From Eubacteriales bacterium (GTDB lineage: Bacteria; Bacillota; Clostridia; Oscillospirales; CAG-272), in NCBI GenBank assembly GCA_045650025.1, contig JAZRQR010000003.1:1756-65755 (forward strand): a stretch of DNA of 64,000 nt. Reading direction: 5' to 3'. The notes under the pieces were generated by a model. That model worked only from the letters and a program-made list of their open reading frames with translations. It made no database searches and was not told the DNA's origin. The position numbers and the translations under genes are program-made. The first letter of the stretch is position 1; every line of letters begins with the position of its first letter. Below, one piece after another: positions 56,225 through 64,000 of this stretch.

Positions 56225-57910
56225 ATGGATTATCAGCTTTTAGCCGATCTGCTCTTCCCGCAGATCACCAAAACTCCCGCCGATATGGAGGCGGCATATC
56301 CCGCAAGACCGCTGCCCGAGGGCGCTAAGGTCACCCGTTTTGCACCCAGCCCTACAGGCTTTGTACATTTCGGCGGTCTGTTCCCCACCACCGTGGGCGA
56401 GCGTCTGGCACACCAGAGCGGCGGCGTATTTTTCCTGCGTATTGAAGACACCGACGCAAAGCGCGAGGTTCCCGGTGCAGCCGAGGGTCTGATCAAGACG
56501 CTGGCACACTACGGCATCCACTTTGACGAGGGCGCGATCTTGGACGAGACCGGCAAGGTCAGCGACCAAGGCGCATACGGCCCTTACAAGCAGAGCGCAC
56601 GTGCCGAGATCTACCAGACCTACGCAAAGGATCTGGTCAGCCGTGGTCTGGCTTACCCCTGCTTCACCACCGAGGAGGAGCTGGAGGCGCTGCAGGCAGT
56701 CAATAAAAAGGAAGAAATCAAGAACACCGACTGGCAGGCGCAGGCAGAAGAGCGCCGCGCAGAAATGCTCCGCGCCCGTGCCATTACCATGGACGAGGTC
56801 AAGGCAAATCTTGAGGCGGGCAATCCCTTCGTGCTGCGTATTCTGGCTGACGGTGACCCCAACAAGAAGACCCCCTTTACCGATCTGGTAAGAGGCAAGC
56901 TGGACATTCCCGAGAACGACGAGGATTTCGTGCTGCTCAAGTCCGACGGTATTCCCACCTACCACTTTGCACACGCAGTGGATGACCACCTGATGGGCAC
57001 CACGCACGTCATTCGCGGTGAGGAATGGCTGCCCAGCCTGGCAAAGCACATTCAGCTGTTCAGATACCTGGGCTTCAAGCTGCCCAAGTACATGCACATC
57101 TCGCAGATCATGCGTCTGGATGAGTACGGCAACAAGAAGATGCTTTCCAAGCGCGACATGGGCGCAAACATGGACGACTACGCCGCAATGGGCTATGCTC
57201 CCGAATGCGTTTGCGAGTACGTTATGACGCTGCTCAACTCCAACTACGAGGAATGGCACGCACAGAACCCCGAAAAGCCCTACACCGAGTTCCCCTTCAA
57301 CATCAAGAAGATGAGTTCCTCGGGCTGCCTGTTCGACTTTAATAAGCTTAACGACGTTTCCAAGAACGTCATCTCGCGCATGAGTGCACAGCAGGTAACC
57401 GAGTCCGTTACCGAATGGGCACAGACCTACGATTCCGAATTCGGCGCGCTGCTTGCCCGCGATCAAGCTTACGCTGCAAGCATTTTCGCTATCGGCCGCG
57501 GCGGCAAGAAGCCGCGTAAGGACCTGGCTGTCTGGAAGGACGCACGCCCCTATATGGGCTTCTTCTACGACGAGCTGTTTGCTCTGACCGAGCAGTACCC
57601 CGAGCAGTTTGACAAGGCGGACATCAAGGCTGTGCTGGAAGGCTTTATCAAGGTCTTTGACATTGCAGACGATATGAACACCTGGTTTGAAAAGATCAAG
57701 GAGATCGGTGCAGGTCTTGGCTACACCGCCGACATGAAGGCATACAAGGCAGATCCTGCTGCATTCCGCGGCAGCGTAGCAGACGTTTCCATGTTCCTGC
57801 GCCTTGCCGTGACCGGTAAGACCAACGCGCCCGACCTTTGGACGGTTATGCAGATCCTTGGCTATGAGCGCACCGTAGCAAGACTGAACGCAATGCTTGC
57901 AACCCTTTAA
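56225..57910 (+). CDS. gltX: glutamate--tRNA ligase (long form)
   Basis: RFAPSPTGFVHFGG (HIGH-type), FLRIEDTD, PTYHFAHAVDDHLMGTTHVIRGEEW, KMLSKR (KMSKS-type). Confidence 0.85.
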   Translation: MDYQLLADLLFPQITKTPADMEAAYPARPLPEGAKVTRFAPSPTGFVHFGGLFPTTVGERLAHQSGGVFFLRIEDTDAKREVPGAAEGLIKTLAHYGIHFDEGAILDETGKVSDQGAYGPYKQSARAEIYQTYAKDLVSRGLAYPCFTTEEELEALQAVNKKEEIKNTDWQAQAEERRAEMLRARAITMDEVKANLEAGNPFVLRILADGDPNKKTPFTDLVRGKLDIPENDEDFVLLKSDGIPTYHFAHAVDDHLMGTTHVIRGEEWLPSLAKHIQLFRYLGFKLPKYMHISQIMRLDEYGNKKMLSKRDMGANMDDYAAMGYAPECVCEYVMTLLNSNYEEWHAQNPEKPYTEFPFNIKKMSSSGCLFDFNKLNDVSKNVISRMSAQQVTESVTEWAQTYDSEFGALLARDQAYAASIFAIGRGGKKPRKDLAVWKDARPYMGFFYDELFALTEQYPEQFDKADIKAVLEGFIKVFDIADDMNTWFEKIKEIGAGLGYTADMKAYKADPAAFRGSVADVSMFLRLAVTGKTNAPDLWTVMQILGYERTVARLNAMLATL

Positions 57911-57935
57911 TTTCATCATAATAGAGGATAAAATC

Positions 57936-59588
57936 ATGGCAGAAACCAACAACAATTTTATTTTTGAGATCATTAACGAGGATCTTGGCGTACAGCCGGA
58001 CAAGAAGATCCACACTCGCTTCCCGCCCGAGCCCAACGGTTACTTGCACATCGGCTCGGTCAAGGCAATCTGCATCAACACCGACGTTGCAAACAAGTAT
58101 AACGGTCTGTTCAATCTCCGCTACGACGACACCAACCCCGCCAAGGAGTCCGACGAGTTCGTGCGCTCCATCCGCGAGGACCTGGAGTGGCTGGGCGCTA
58201 CCCCTACGGGCGGCGTATTCTACGGCTCGGATTACTTTGGCAAGTGCTATGAATTCGCCGTACAGCTGATCAAGCAGGGCGACGCATACGTTTGCGACCT
58301 TTCCAAGGACGACCTGGCTGACTACAAGGGCACCGACCGCTCTGTCGCATCCAAGGAATCCCCCTACCGCAACCGTTCCGTAGAGGAAAACCTCGACCTG
58401 TTCGAGAGAATGAAGAATGGCGAGTTCCAGGACGGCGCACGCACCTTGCGCGCAAAGATCGACCCCTCCAGCGACAACCCCTACCTGCGTGACCCCGTTA
58501 TTTACCGTATCAAGCACATTCACCATCACCGTCAGGGTGACGAGTGGTGCGTATATCCCATGTACGACTTCGCGCATCCCATCCAGGACGCGCTGGAGGG
58601 CATCACCTATTCTCTGTGCTCCAGCGAGTTCAGAAACCACCGTCCGCTGTACGACTGGGTGATTGAAAAGATCGGCTTTGAACAGCCCCCTCATCAGTGG
58701 GAGTTCGGTCGCATGAACATCACCTGCACGGTTATGTCCAAGCGTTATCTGCGTCAGCTGGTTGAGGAAGGTCACGTAGACGGCTGGGATGACCCCCGTC
58801 TGCCCACCCTTTGCGGTCTGCGCCGCCGCGGCTACACCCCCGAGGCTCTCTTCACCTTCGTAAGAGAAGCAGGCGTTACCAACACCGACCACACCGTAGA
58901 CGTACGCCAGCTGGAGGCTTGCGTACGCGATGATCTCAACGAAAACGCGCTGCGCCGCGTTGCCATCGTCAACCCCATCAAGGTCATCATCGACAACTAT
59001 CCCGAGGATAAGGAAGAGATGATCAGCCTGCCCAACCATCCTCAGAAGGAGGAGCTTGGCAAGCGCGAGGTTCCCATGACCCGTGAGATCTATATCGACG
59101 CCGATGACTTCGCAGAGGTTCCGCCTCCCAAGTTCTTCCGTCTCAAGCCCGACAGCGAGGTGCGTCTGATGGGCGGCTATATCATCCGCTGCGGCGAGAT
59201 CATCAAGAACGAGGATGGCAGCATCAAGGAAATTCATGCAACCGCAGACCTGGAAACCGGCAACGGCATGCCCGCTGACGGCAGAAAGATCAAGGGCACC
59301 ATTCATTGGCTGTCTGCAAAGTACGCAAAGCCTGCCACCATCATGCTCTACGATCGCCTGTTCAACATTGAGAACACCGCAGACGTTCCCGAGGGCAAGA
59401 CTTACCTGGACTTCCTCAACCCCGAGTCGCTGACCAAGGTAGAGGGCGCTATGGTAGAGCCCTGCTTAGCAGATGCAGCACCCGGCGAAAAGTTCCAGTT
59501 TGTCCGCGTTGGTTACTTCTGCAAGGACTCCAAGAACGCAGACACCTTCAACCGCGTTGTAGGCCTGCGTGACGGCTTCAAGGGCTAA
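57936..59588 (+). CDS. glnS: glutamine--tRNA ligase
   Basis: TRFPPEPNGYLHIGS, NLRYDDTNP, YPMYDFAHPIQDALEGITYSLCSSEF, VMSKR. The ATG at 57936 is 7 nt after AGAGGA. Confidence 0.88.
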   Translation: MAETNNNFIFEIINEDLGVQPDKKIHTRFPPEPNGYLHIGSVKAICINTDVANKYNGLFNLRYDDTNPAKESDEFVRSIREDLEWLGATPTGGVFYGSDYFGKCYEFAVQLIKQGDAYVCDLSKDDLADYKGTDRSVASKESPYRNRSVEENLDLFERMKNGEFQDGARTLRAKIDPSSDNPYLRDPVIYRIKHIHHHRQGDEWCVYPMYDFAHPIQDALEGITYSLCSSEFRNHRPLYDWVIEKIGFEQPPHQWEFGRMNITCTVMSKRYLRQLVEEGHVDGWDDPRLPTLCGLRRRGYTPEALFTFVREAGVTNTDHTVDVRQLEACVRDDLNENALRRVAIVNPIKVIIDNYPEDKEEMISLPNHPQKEELGKREVPMTREIYIDADDFAEVPPPKFFRLKPDSEVRLMGGYIIRCGEIIKNEDGSIKEIHATADLETGNGMPADGRKIKGTIHWLSAKYAKPATIMLYDRLFNIENTADVPEGKTYLDFLNPESLTKVEGAMVEPCLADAAPGEKFQFVRVGYFCKDSKNADTFNRVVGLRDGFKG

Positions 59589-59597
59589 GAGGACGCC

Positions 59598-59933
59598 ATG
59601 GACTTTGCTCAAATGCTGCAAAATCTGACGCCTTGGGCAATTCCCTATGCCATTGTGGGCGGATACCTGGTCGTCATTTCGCTGATCTCCATGATCGTAT
59701 GCATTTACGACAAGGGCATTTCCAAGAAAAACAAGGTGCAGCTGCGCGTTCCCGAAAGACGATTGTTTTTCACACTTCCCTTGCTTGGCGGCGCATTTGC
59801 CATGTTTGGCACGATGACGCTGATCCGTCACAAGACGCAGCACTGGCAGAGATGGGTCACCTTGCTGATCGCCATTCTCCAAATCGCCGCACTGATCGGC
59901 ATTACCGCCGTCATCGCGCTGGGGATCATTTAA
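59598..59933 (+). CDS. DUF1294 membrane protein
   Basis: IYDKGISKKNKVQLRVPERRLFFTLPLLGGAFAMFGTMTLIRHKTQH matches the DUF1294 pattern. Confidence 0.8.
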   Translation: MDFAQMLQNLTPWAIPYAIVGGYLVVISLISMIVCIYDKGISKKNKVQLRVPERRLFFTLPLLGGAFAMFGTMTLIRHKTQHWQRWVTLLIAILQIAALIGITAVIALGII

Positions 59934-59938
59934 TATCA

Positions 59939-59970
59939 AAAGGCAGAGCCAAGCGGCTCTGCCTTTATTT
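59939..59970. terminator. bidirectional terminator
   Basis: AAAGGCAGAGCC-aagc-GGCTCTGCCTTT plus attttcc. Overlaps the stop of the minus-strand gene. Confidence 0.8.
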
Positions 59971-60459
59971 TCCGTCTTCATTGGAAGGACCAAAATAATT
60001 GATATCGAACGCAATTGACCCACCATATCCCTCACTCATCAACAAATCTCTGTCTTCATGCCTGTAATTCGATAGGATATTACAAAAACCGCCATCAGCC
60101 ATTTCCCAATAAAAATACGCCTTCCCCGTAGCGTACTCAATACTGTGCGGCTTCCCCATAATTTCTACTATCTCCACAATTGTCATATCTTCCTCAATTT
60201 TGAGATAATCCTCATATGACGGCATGTGCGTTTGGTCAAGATCAAATAATATATCCATGATGTCTGCTTCACTTTGCGTCGTCTGTTCTTCGGGCATCGT
60301 TTCAAGCGCTTGTGTCATAGTGCCCCCAAACAGCTCTCCGACCAAGCCCTGCATGCCGTTTTTTGCAACCGACACACCGGCTGCAACAAACAGTGCGGCA
60401 AGAAGAAGCGCAAGCAGCGCGCTAAATGAAATCAGCAGTATTTTTTGCGTTTTGTTCAT
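59965..60459 (-). CDS. membrane-anchored hypothetical protein
   Basis: 164 aa. N-terminal TM ILLISFSALLALLLAALFVAAGV. AAGGAG RBS 7 nt upstream. About 38% GC in a counted line. Confidence 0.6.
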   Translation of the reverse strand: MNKTQKILLISFSALLALLLAALFVAAGVSVAKNGMQGLVGELFGGTMTQALETMPEEQTTQSEADIMDILFDLDQTHMPSYEDYLKIEEDMTIVEIVEIMGKPHSIEYATGKAYFYWEMADGGFCNILSNYRHEDRDLLMSEGYGGSIAFDINYFGPSNEDGK

Positions 60460-60488
60460 GCCGGAGCTCCTTTTATTTTCGTGTTTTT

Positions 60489-60517
60489 ATTGTATCACAC
60501 AATGTAAGCAAAGTCAA
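60489..60517 (-). promoter_or_regulatory. sigma-A promoter for the 164-aa gene
   Basis: The minus strand reads TTGACT-17 nt-TACAAT with a TGn extended -10. Confidence 0.5.
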
Positions 60518-60530
60518 GAAAATATCCCCC

Positions 60531-60938
60531 GAGTGTCATCCTGAGCGGAGTATGAAATTCCGACAATGTTCCTCAGTTTTTTGAATGCTTTAGGTCGGGA
60601 TTTCATACGTAGTCGAAGTTTTGCGGAACGAATATTTCGCAGCACTTGACTGCGAAATACAGTGGAGCAAAACCGCCGCAGGCGGGATCTCCGAAGAGTT
60701 TTCTCAATGTCTGCTTAGCCTTTGTTACACTTTTTTATATCCCATATCGTTTCCTTCAAAAGAATGCTTTGTGCAAACAGACGTGTCAGAAACCCTTCGG
60801 AGATCCCGCTGCGCGCTGTTCGCGCTTGCGCTTTTGCTTGCTGCGGTGTGCCTTTGGCACATCCTCGACCCGCAAAAGTTCGACTTCGCGCCATTTCGCA
60901 GCAAACTGCGAAATAACGCTCCGCTCAGGATGACACTC
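60531..60938. repeat. 408-bp nest of inverted repeats bounded by a perfect 20-bp inverted repeat (MITE-like or REP-like composite)
   Basis: GAGTGTCATCCTGAGCGGAG (60531-60550) is the exact reverse complement of 60919-60938. Nested pairs are 60682-60696/60795-60809 (15/15) and 60612-60626/60870-60884 (14/15). Local palindromes lie at 60551-60607, 60634-60658 and 60893-60914. Confidence 0.65.
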
Positions 60939-61017
60939 AAGGGTGACTCTGCATACCGCATGATGAGTACTTTGCGTACTTTCCACACCAAAAAACCAAA
61001 AATATTCGCAAAACCTC

Positions 61018-61046
61018 TTGCATTTGCAAACACAATGTGATATAAT
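61018..61046 (+). promoter_or_regulatory. sigma-A promoter of the pheS T-box leader
   Basis: TTGCAT-17 nt-TATAAT with a TGn extended -10. Confidence 0.6.
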
Positions 61047-61311
61047 GTTACGGTAAATGCGATGATGAAGTCAGCGCACACGAAAAAGCGTACACAGAGA
61101 TGACCGACGCGGCTGAAAGCGGTCTTACGTGGCGTGTGTTGCATTTCCCTTCGGAGCAGGTCCTGTGAGCCGAGTACGGTAGTGGGACACGGCAGACACC
61201 GTTATCGGTCGGCAGAGTGTTGGCTTTGTGCGCGTAAGCGTCACGCCTTTATTTGGGTGGTACCGCGGTTTTTTATGCCGTCCCATGTTTTTTGGGAGGG
61301 CTTTTTTATTT
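61047..61311 (+). promoter_or_regulatory. T-box riboswitch leader (tRNA-Phe expected) with intrinsic terminator
   Basis: AGAGA bulge at 61096-61100, distal-loop-like GGCTGAAAGC, F-box CCGTTA at 61199-61204 and T-box sequence TGGGTGGTACCGCG at 61254-61267. The terminator GCCGTCCC/GGGAGGGC (61277-61301) is followed by TTTTTTATTTT. Confidence 0.85.
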
Positions 61312-61353
61312 TATAAAAAAATTTATATGGAAATACAAAGGAAGGAAACAACC

Positions 61354-62364
61354 ATGAAAGAAATGCTGAATCAAATTCGCCAGACAGCACTTGAAAAGAT
61401 TGCTGCAGGCGAAGATCTTGAGCAGATCAGAATTCAATACCTTGGCAAAAAGGGTGAGCTGACCGCCGTTCTGCGCGGTATGGGCAAGCTGAGCGCCGAG
61501 GAAAGACCCGTTATCGGCCAGCTGGCAAACCAGGTGCGCGAGGAGATCGAGGCAGCCGTAGCCGAGAAGGCAGAGGCTCTTAAGGCTTCCGCTCTCGAAG
61601 AGCAGCTCAAGGCTGAAAAGCTGGACGTTACCATGCCCGGCAAGACCGCACGCGTCGGTCACGTACACCCCCTGACCCGCGTACAGAGAGATATGGAAGA
61701 GATCTTTATCGGCATGGGATTTTCGATCGCAGAGGGTCCCGAGGTAGAGTATGACTTGTACAACTTCCAGAAGCTCAATATTCCGGAAAATCACCCCGCA
61801 AGAGACACGCAGGACACCTTCTACATCACGGATAACATCCTGCTGCGCTCCCAGACCTCGCCCGTGCAGGCGAGAACCATGGAGGTGCAGAAGCCTCCGA
61901 TCCGCATCATCTCCCCCGGCCGCGTTTACCGCTCCGACGCGATGGATGCTACCCACTCTCCCCTGTTCCACCAGATGGAAGGTCTTGTGGTTGACAAGGG
62001 CATTACCATGGGCGACCTCAAGGGCATGCTGGAGACCTTTGCAAAGGCACAGTTCGGCGAGGATACCCGTTGCCGTTTCCGTCCCCACCACTTCCCCTTC
62101 ACCGAGCCCAGCGCAGAGGTTGACGTTTCCTGCTTCGCTTGCGGCGGCAAGGGCTGCAGACTTTGCAAGGGCGAGGGCTGGATCGAGATCCTTGGCGCAG
62201 GTATGGTACACCCCAACGTGCTGACCATGTGCGGCATTGACCCCGAGGAATACAGCGGCTTTGCGTTCGGTATGGGTATCGAGCGTATTGCAATGCTCAA
62301 GTACCACGTAGACGACATTCGTCTGTTCTATGAGAACGACGTGCGTTTCCTTGAGCAGTTCTGA
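61354..62364 (+). CDS. pheS: phenylalanine--tRNA ligase alpha subunit
   Basis: [16 protein letters not shown]..., [37 protein letters not shown]. The track start at 61228 lies inside the T-box leader. Confidence 0.93.
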   Translation: MKEMLNQIRQTALEKIAAGEDLEQIRIQYLGKKGELTAVLRGMGKLSAEERPVIGQLANQVREEIEAAVAEKAEALKASALEEQLKAEKLDVTMPGKTARVGHVHPLTRVQRDMEEIFIGMGFSIAEGPEVEYDLYNFQKLNIPENHPARDTQDTFYITDNILLRSQTSPVQARTMEVQKPPIRIISPGRVYRSDAMDATHSPLFHQMEGLVVDKGITMGDLKGMLETFAKAQFGEDTRCRFRPHHFPFTEPSAEVDVSCFACGGKGCRLCKGEGWIEILGAGMVHPNVLTMCGIDPEEYSGFAFGMGIERIAMLKYHVDDIRLFYENDVRFLEQF

Positions 62365-62382
62365 GAAAGGAGAGCGTAGATT

Positions 62383-64000
62383 ATGAATCTTTCTTTTAAT
62401 TGGCTGAGTGATTACGTCGATACCAAGAAGATTACCGACGTAAAGAAATATTGCGACCGTATGACCGACACCGGCTCCAAGGTAGAGGGCTTTGAGGTGC
62501 TTGCAGAGGAGATCTCCAACGTACGCATCGGTAAGGTGCTGGCAATGGAGCATCACCCCGACTCCGATCACCTGTGGATCTGCCAGATCGACATTGGTGC
62601 AGACGCACCCATCCAGATCGTGACCGGCGCACAGAACGTATTCGTCGGTGCCATCGTTCCCGCAGCTGTTGCTCCCGCAACCGTAGCGGAGGGTAAGCAG
62701 ATCAAGGCAGGCAAGCTGCGCGGCGTGGACTCCAACGGTATGATGTGCTCGTTTGCAGAGCTGGGCCTGAGCGCTCACGACTGCCCCGGCGTAGAGGAAA
62801 ACGGCATCTGGATCCTGCCCGAGCAGTATGCAGAGTATCTGGGCAAGGACCTTTGCGACGTGGAAATGGTACGCGACACCGTGGTCGAGTTTGAGATCAC
62901 CTCCAACCGCCCCGACTGTCTGTCCGTCATCGGTCTTGCACGCGAGACCGCCGCTTCCATGGAGCTTGACTGGCACGTTGATCCCGTATCCGTCAAGGGT
63001 GCAGGCGACGGTGACCACATTGACAACTACATTTCCGTAGGCATCAGCGCACCCGATCTGTGCTTCCGCTATGCGGCAAAGGTGGTCAAGAACGTCAAGA
63101 TCGCTCCCTCGCCTCTGTGGATGCGCAGACGTCTGCGCGCTGCAGGCGTTCGCCCCATTAACAACATCGTAGACATTACCAACTACGTCATGCTCGAGTA
63201 CGGTCAGCCTATGCACGCGTTCGATTACAAGCAGATCGAGGGCAAGGCGATCAACGTACGCCGCGCAAACGACGGTGAGGTATTCGTATCCCTGGATAAC
63301 GTCAGCCACACCCTTGACTCCTCCATGCTGGTCATTGCTGACCAGAACAAGGCTTGCGCTCTGGCAGGCGTTATGGGCGGTCTGAACAGCGAGATCGAGA
63401 ACGATACCGTCACCGTGGTATTTGAGTCCGCTTGCTTCTCCGGCCCCGACACCCGTGTGACCGCAAAGAAGAACGGCATGAGAACCGAATCCTCTGCTCG
63501 CTTTGAAAAGGGTCTGGATGCAGAAAACTGCCTGCCCGGCCTGATGCGCGCATGCCAGCTGGTAGAGCTGCTGGGCGCAGGTGACGTTGTAGACGGTCTG
63601 ATCGACGTGTACCCCACCAAGAAGGAGCAGGTCATCCTCCCCTTCACCCCCGATAAGTACAACAAGTTCCTTGGCACCGAGATTGACGAGCAGACCATGA
63701 TCGACATTCTCGCAACGCTGGACTGCCGCGTAGAAAACGGCAATATTTACGTGCCCTCCTTCAGAAGCGACCTTGGCTGCATGCAGGACATTGCAGAAGA
63801 GATCGTTCGTATCTGGGGCTACGATAAGATTCCCTCCTCCTGCATCAAGGCAGAGACCACGCAGGGCATGCGTACCCCCAAGCAGAAGCTGTTTGTTGCA
63901 ACCGAGCAGCTGATGTACGGCATGGGCATCTCGCAGATCCAGACCTTCTCGTTCATCAGCCCCAAGTACTACGACGCCATCGCGCTGCCTGCAGATAGCA
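62383..64000 (+). CDS. pheT: phenylalanine--tRNA ligase beta subunit (partial; continues beyond the window end)
   Basis: Not in the ORF track because it is open at the window edge. The ATG at 62383, after AAAGGAGAG, translates MNLSFNWLSDYVDTKKITDVKKYCDRMTDTGSKVEGFEVL...HPDSDHLWICQIDIG (tRNA-binding domain). Confidence 0.9.
   Translation, partial: MNLSFNWLSDYVDTKKITDVKKYCDRMTDTGSKVEGFEVLAEEISNVRIGKVLAMEHHPDSDHLWICQIDIGADAPIQIVTGAQNVFVGAIVPAAVAPATVAEGKQIKAGKLRGVDSNGMMCSFAELGLSAHDCPGVEENGIWILPEQYAEYLGKDLCDVEMVRDTVVEFEITSNRPDCLSVIGLARETAASMELDWHVDPVSVKGAGDGDHIDNYISVGISAPDLCFRYAAKVVKNVKIAPSPLWMRRRLRAAGVRPINNIVDITNYVMLEYGQPMHAFDYKQIEGKAINVRRANDGEVFVSLDNVSHTLDSSMLVIADQNKACALAGVMGGLNSEIENDTVTVVFESACFSGPDTRVTAKKNGMRTESSARFEKGLDAENCLPGLMRACQLVELLGAGDVVDGLIDVYPTKKEQVILPFTPDKYNKFLGTEIDEQTMIDILATLDCRVENGNIYVPSFRSDLGCMQDIAEEIVRIWGYDKIPSSCIKAETTQGMRTPKQKLFVATEQLMYGMGISQIQTFSFISPKYYDAIALPADS

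Noticed and set aside
60621-61144. 139-aa ORFs on both strands spanning the inverted-repeat nest and the T-box promoter.
   Set aside because: There is no RBS. The peptides are the low-complexity type generated by palindromic repeats. The ORFs run across a consensus promoter and into the T-box leader.
61228-61353. A 42-aa N-terminal extension of pheS.
   Set aside because: It lies within the T-box antiterminator/terminator. The canonical PheS N-terminus [10 protein letters not shown] starts at 61354 with an AAGGAAGGA RBS.

Overview
The window looks like chromosomal DNA from a spore-forming Clostridia-type Firmicute. GC is about 50% overall by eye. The taxon cannot be fixed without a database search. 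I call about 55 protein genes, one tRNA-Val(CAC), one T-box leader in front of pheST, and many near-consensus sigma-A promoters and hairpin terminators.

Gene content is mostly core housekeeping and sporulation:
- hisZG, nadE/pncB, cdaA-cdaR, recJ-relA-dtd-hemZ.
- The yabM-like flippase, mazG, hup, yabO-like S4 gene, yabP, yabQ, divIC and smpB block.
- pgi, dac, spoIIP-gpr, gltX-glnS and pheST.

Carbohydrate and accessory genes are interspersed:
- rhaA, two GH78 alpha-L-rhamnosidases and two DUF4091 (GH123-like) proteins.
- A 1131-aa lipoprotein of unknown function.
- A nahK/nucleotidyltransferase/galE/galM cluster.
- A Crp/Fnr-linked ABC importer.

I found no CRISPR array, transposase, integrase, prophage or recognisable defence or toxin-antitoxin module. 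I cannot support a claim of a novel multi-gene system.

The most unusual signals are compositional and structural:
1. A sharp 2-kb block of about 70% GC carries gpr and spoIIP inside a ~45-50% GC context.
2. A 282-bp element bounded by 28-bp inverted repeats sits exactly at the left edge of that block, and its repeats supply the stop codons of both convergent genes.
3. A roughly 410-bp nest of inverted repeats lies between two divergent promoters upstream of the pheS T-box.
4. A decayed tandem array of hairpin plus tRNA-Val remnants follows the intact tRNA-Val.

Nine very long antisense ORFs (350-900 aa) are codon-register mirror ORFs and are rejected as genes.
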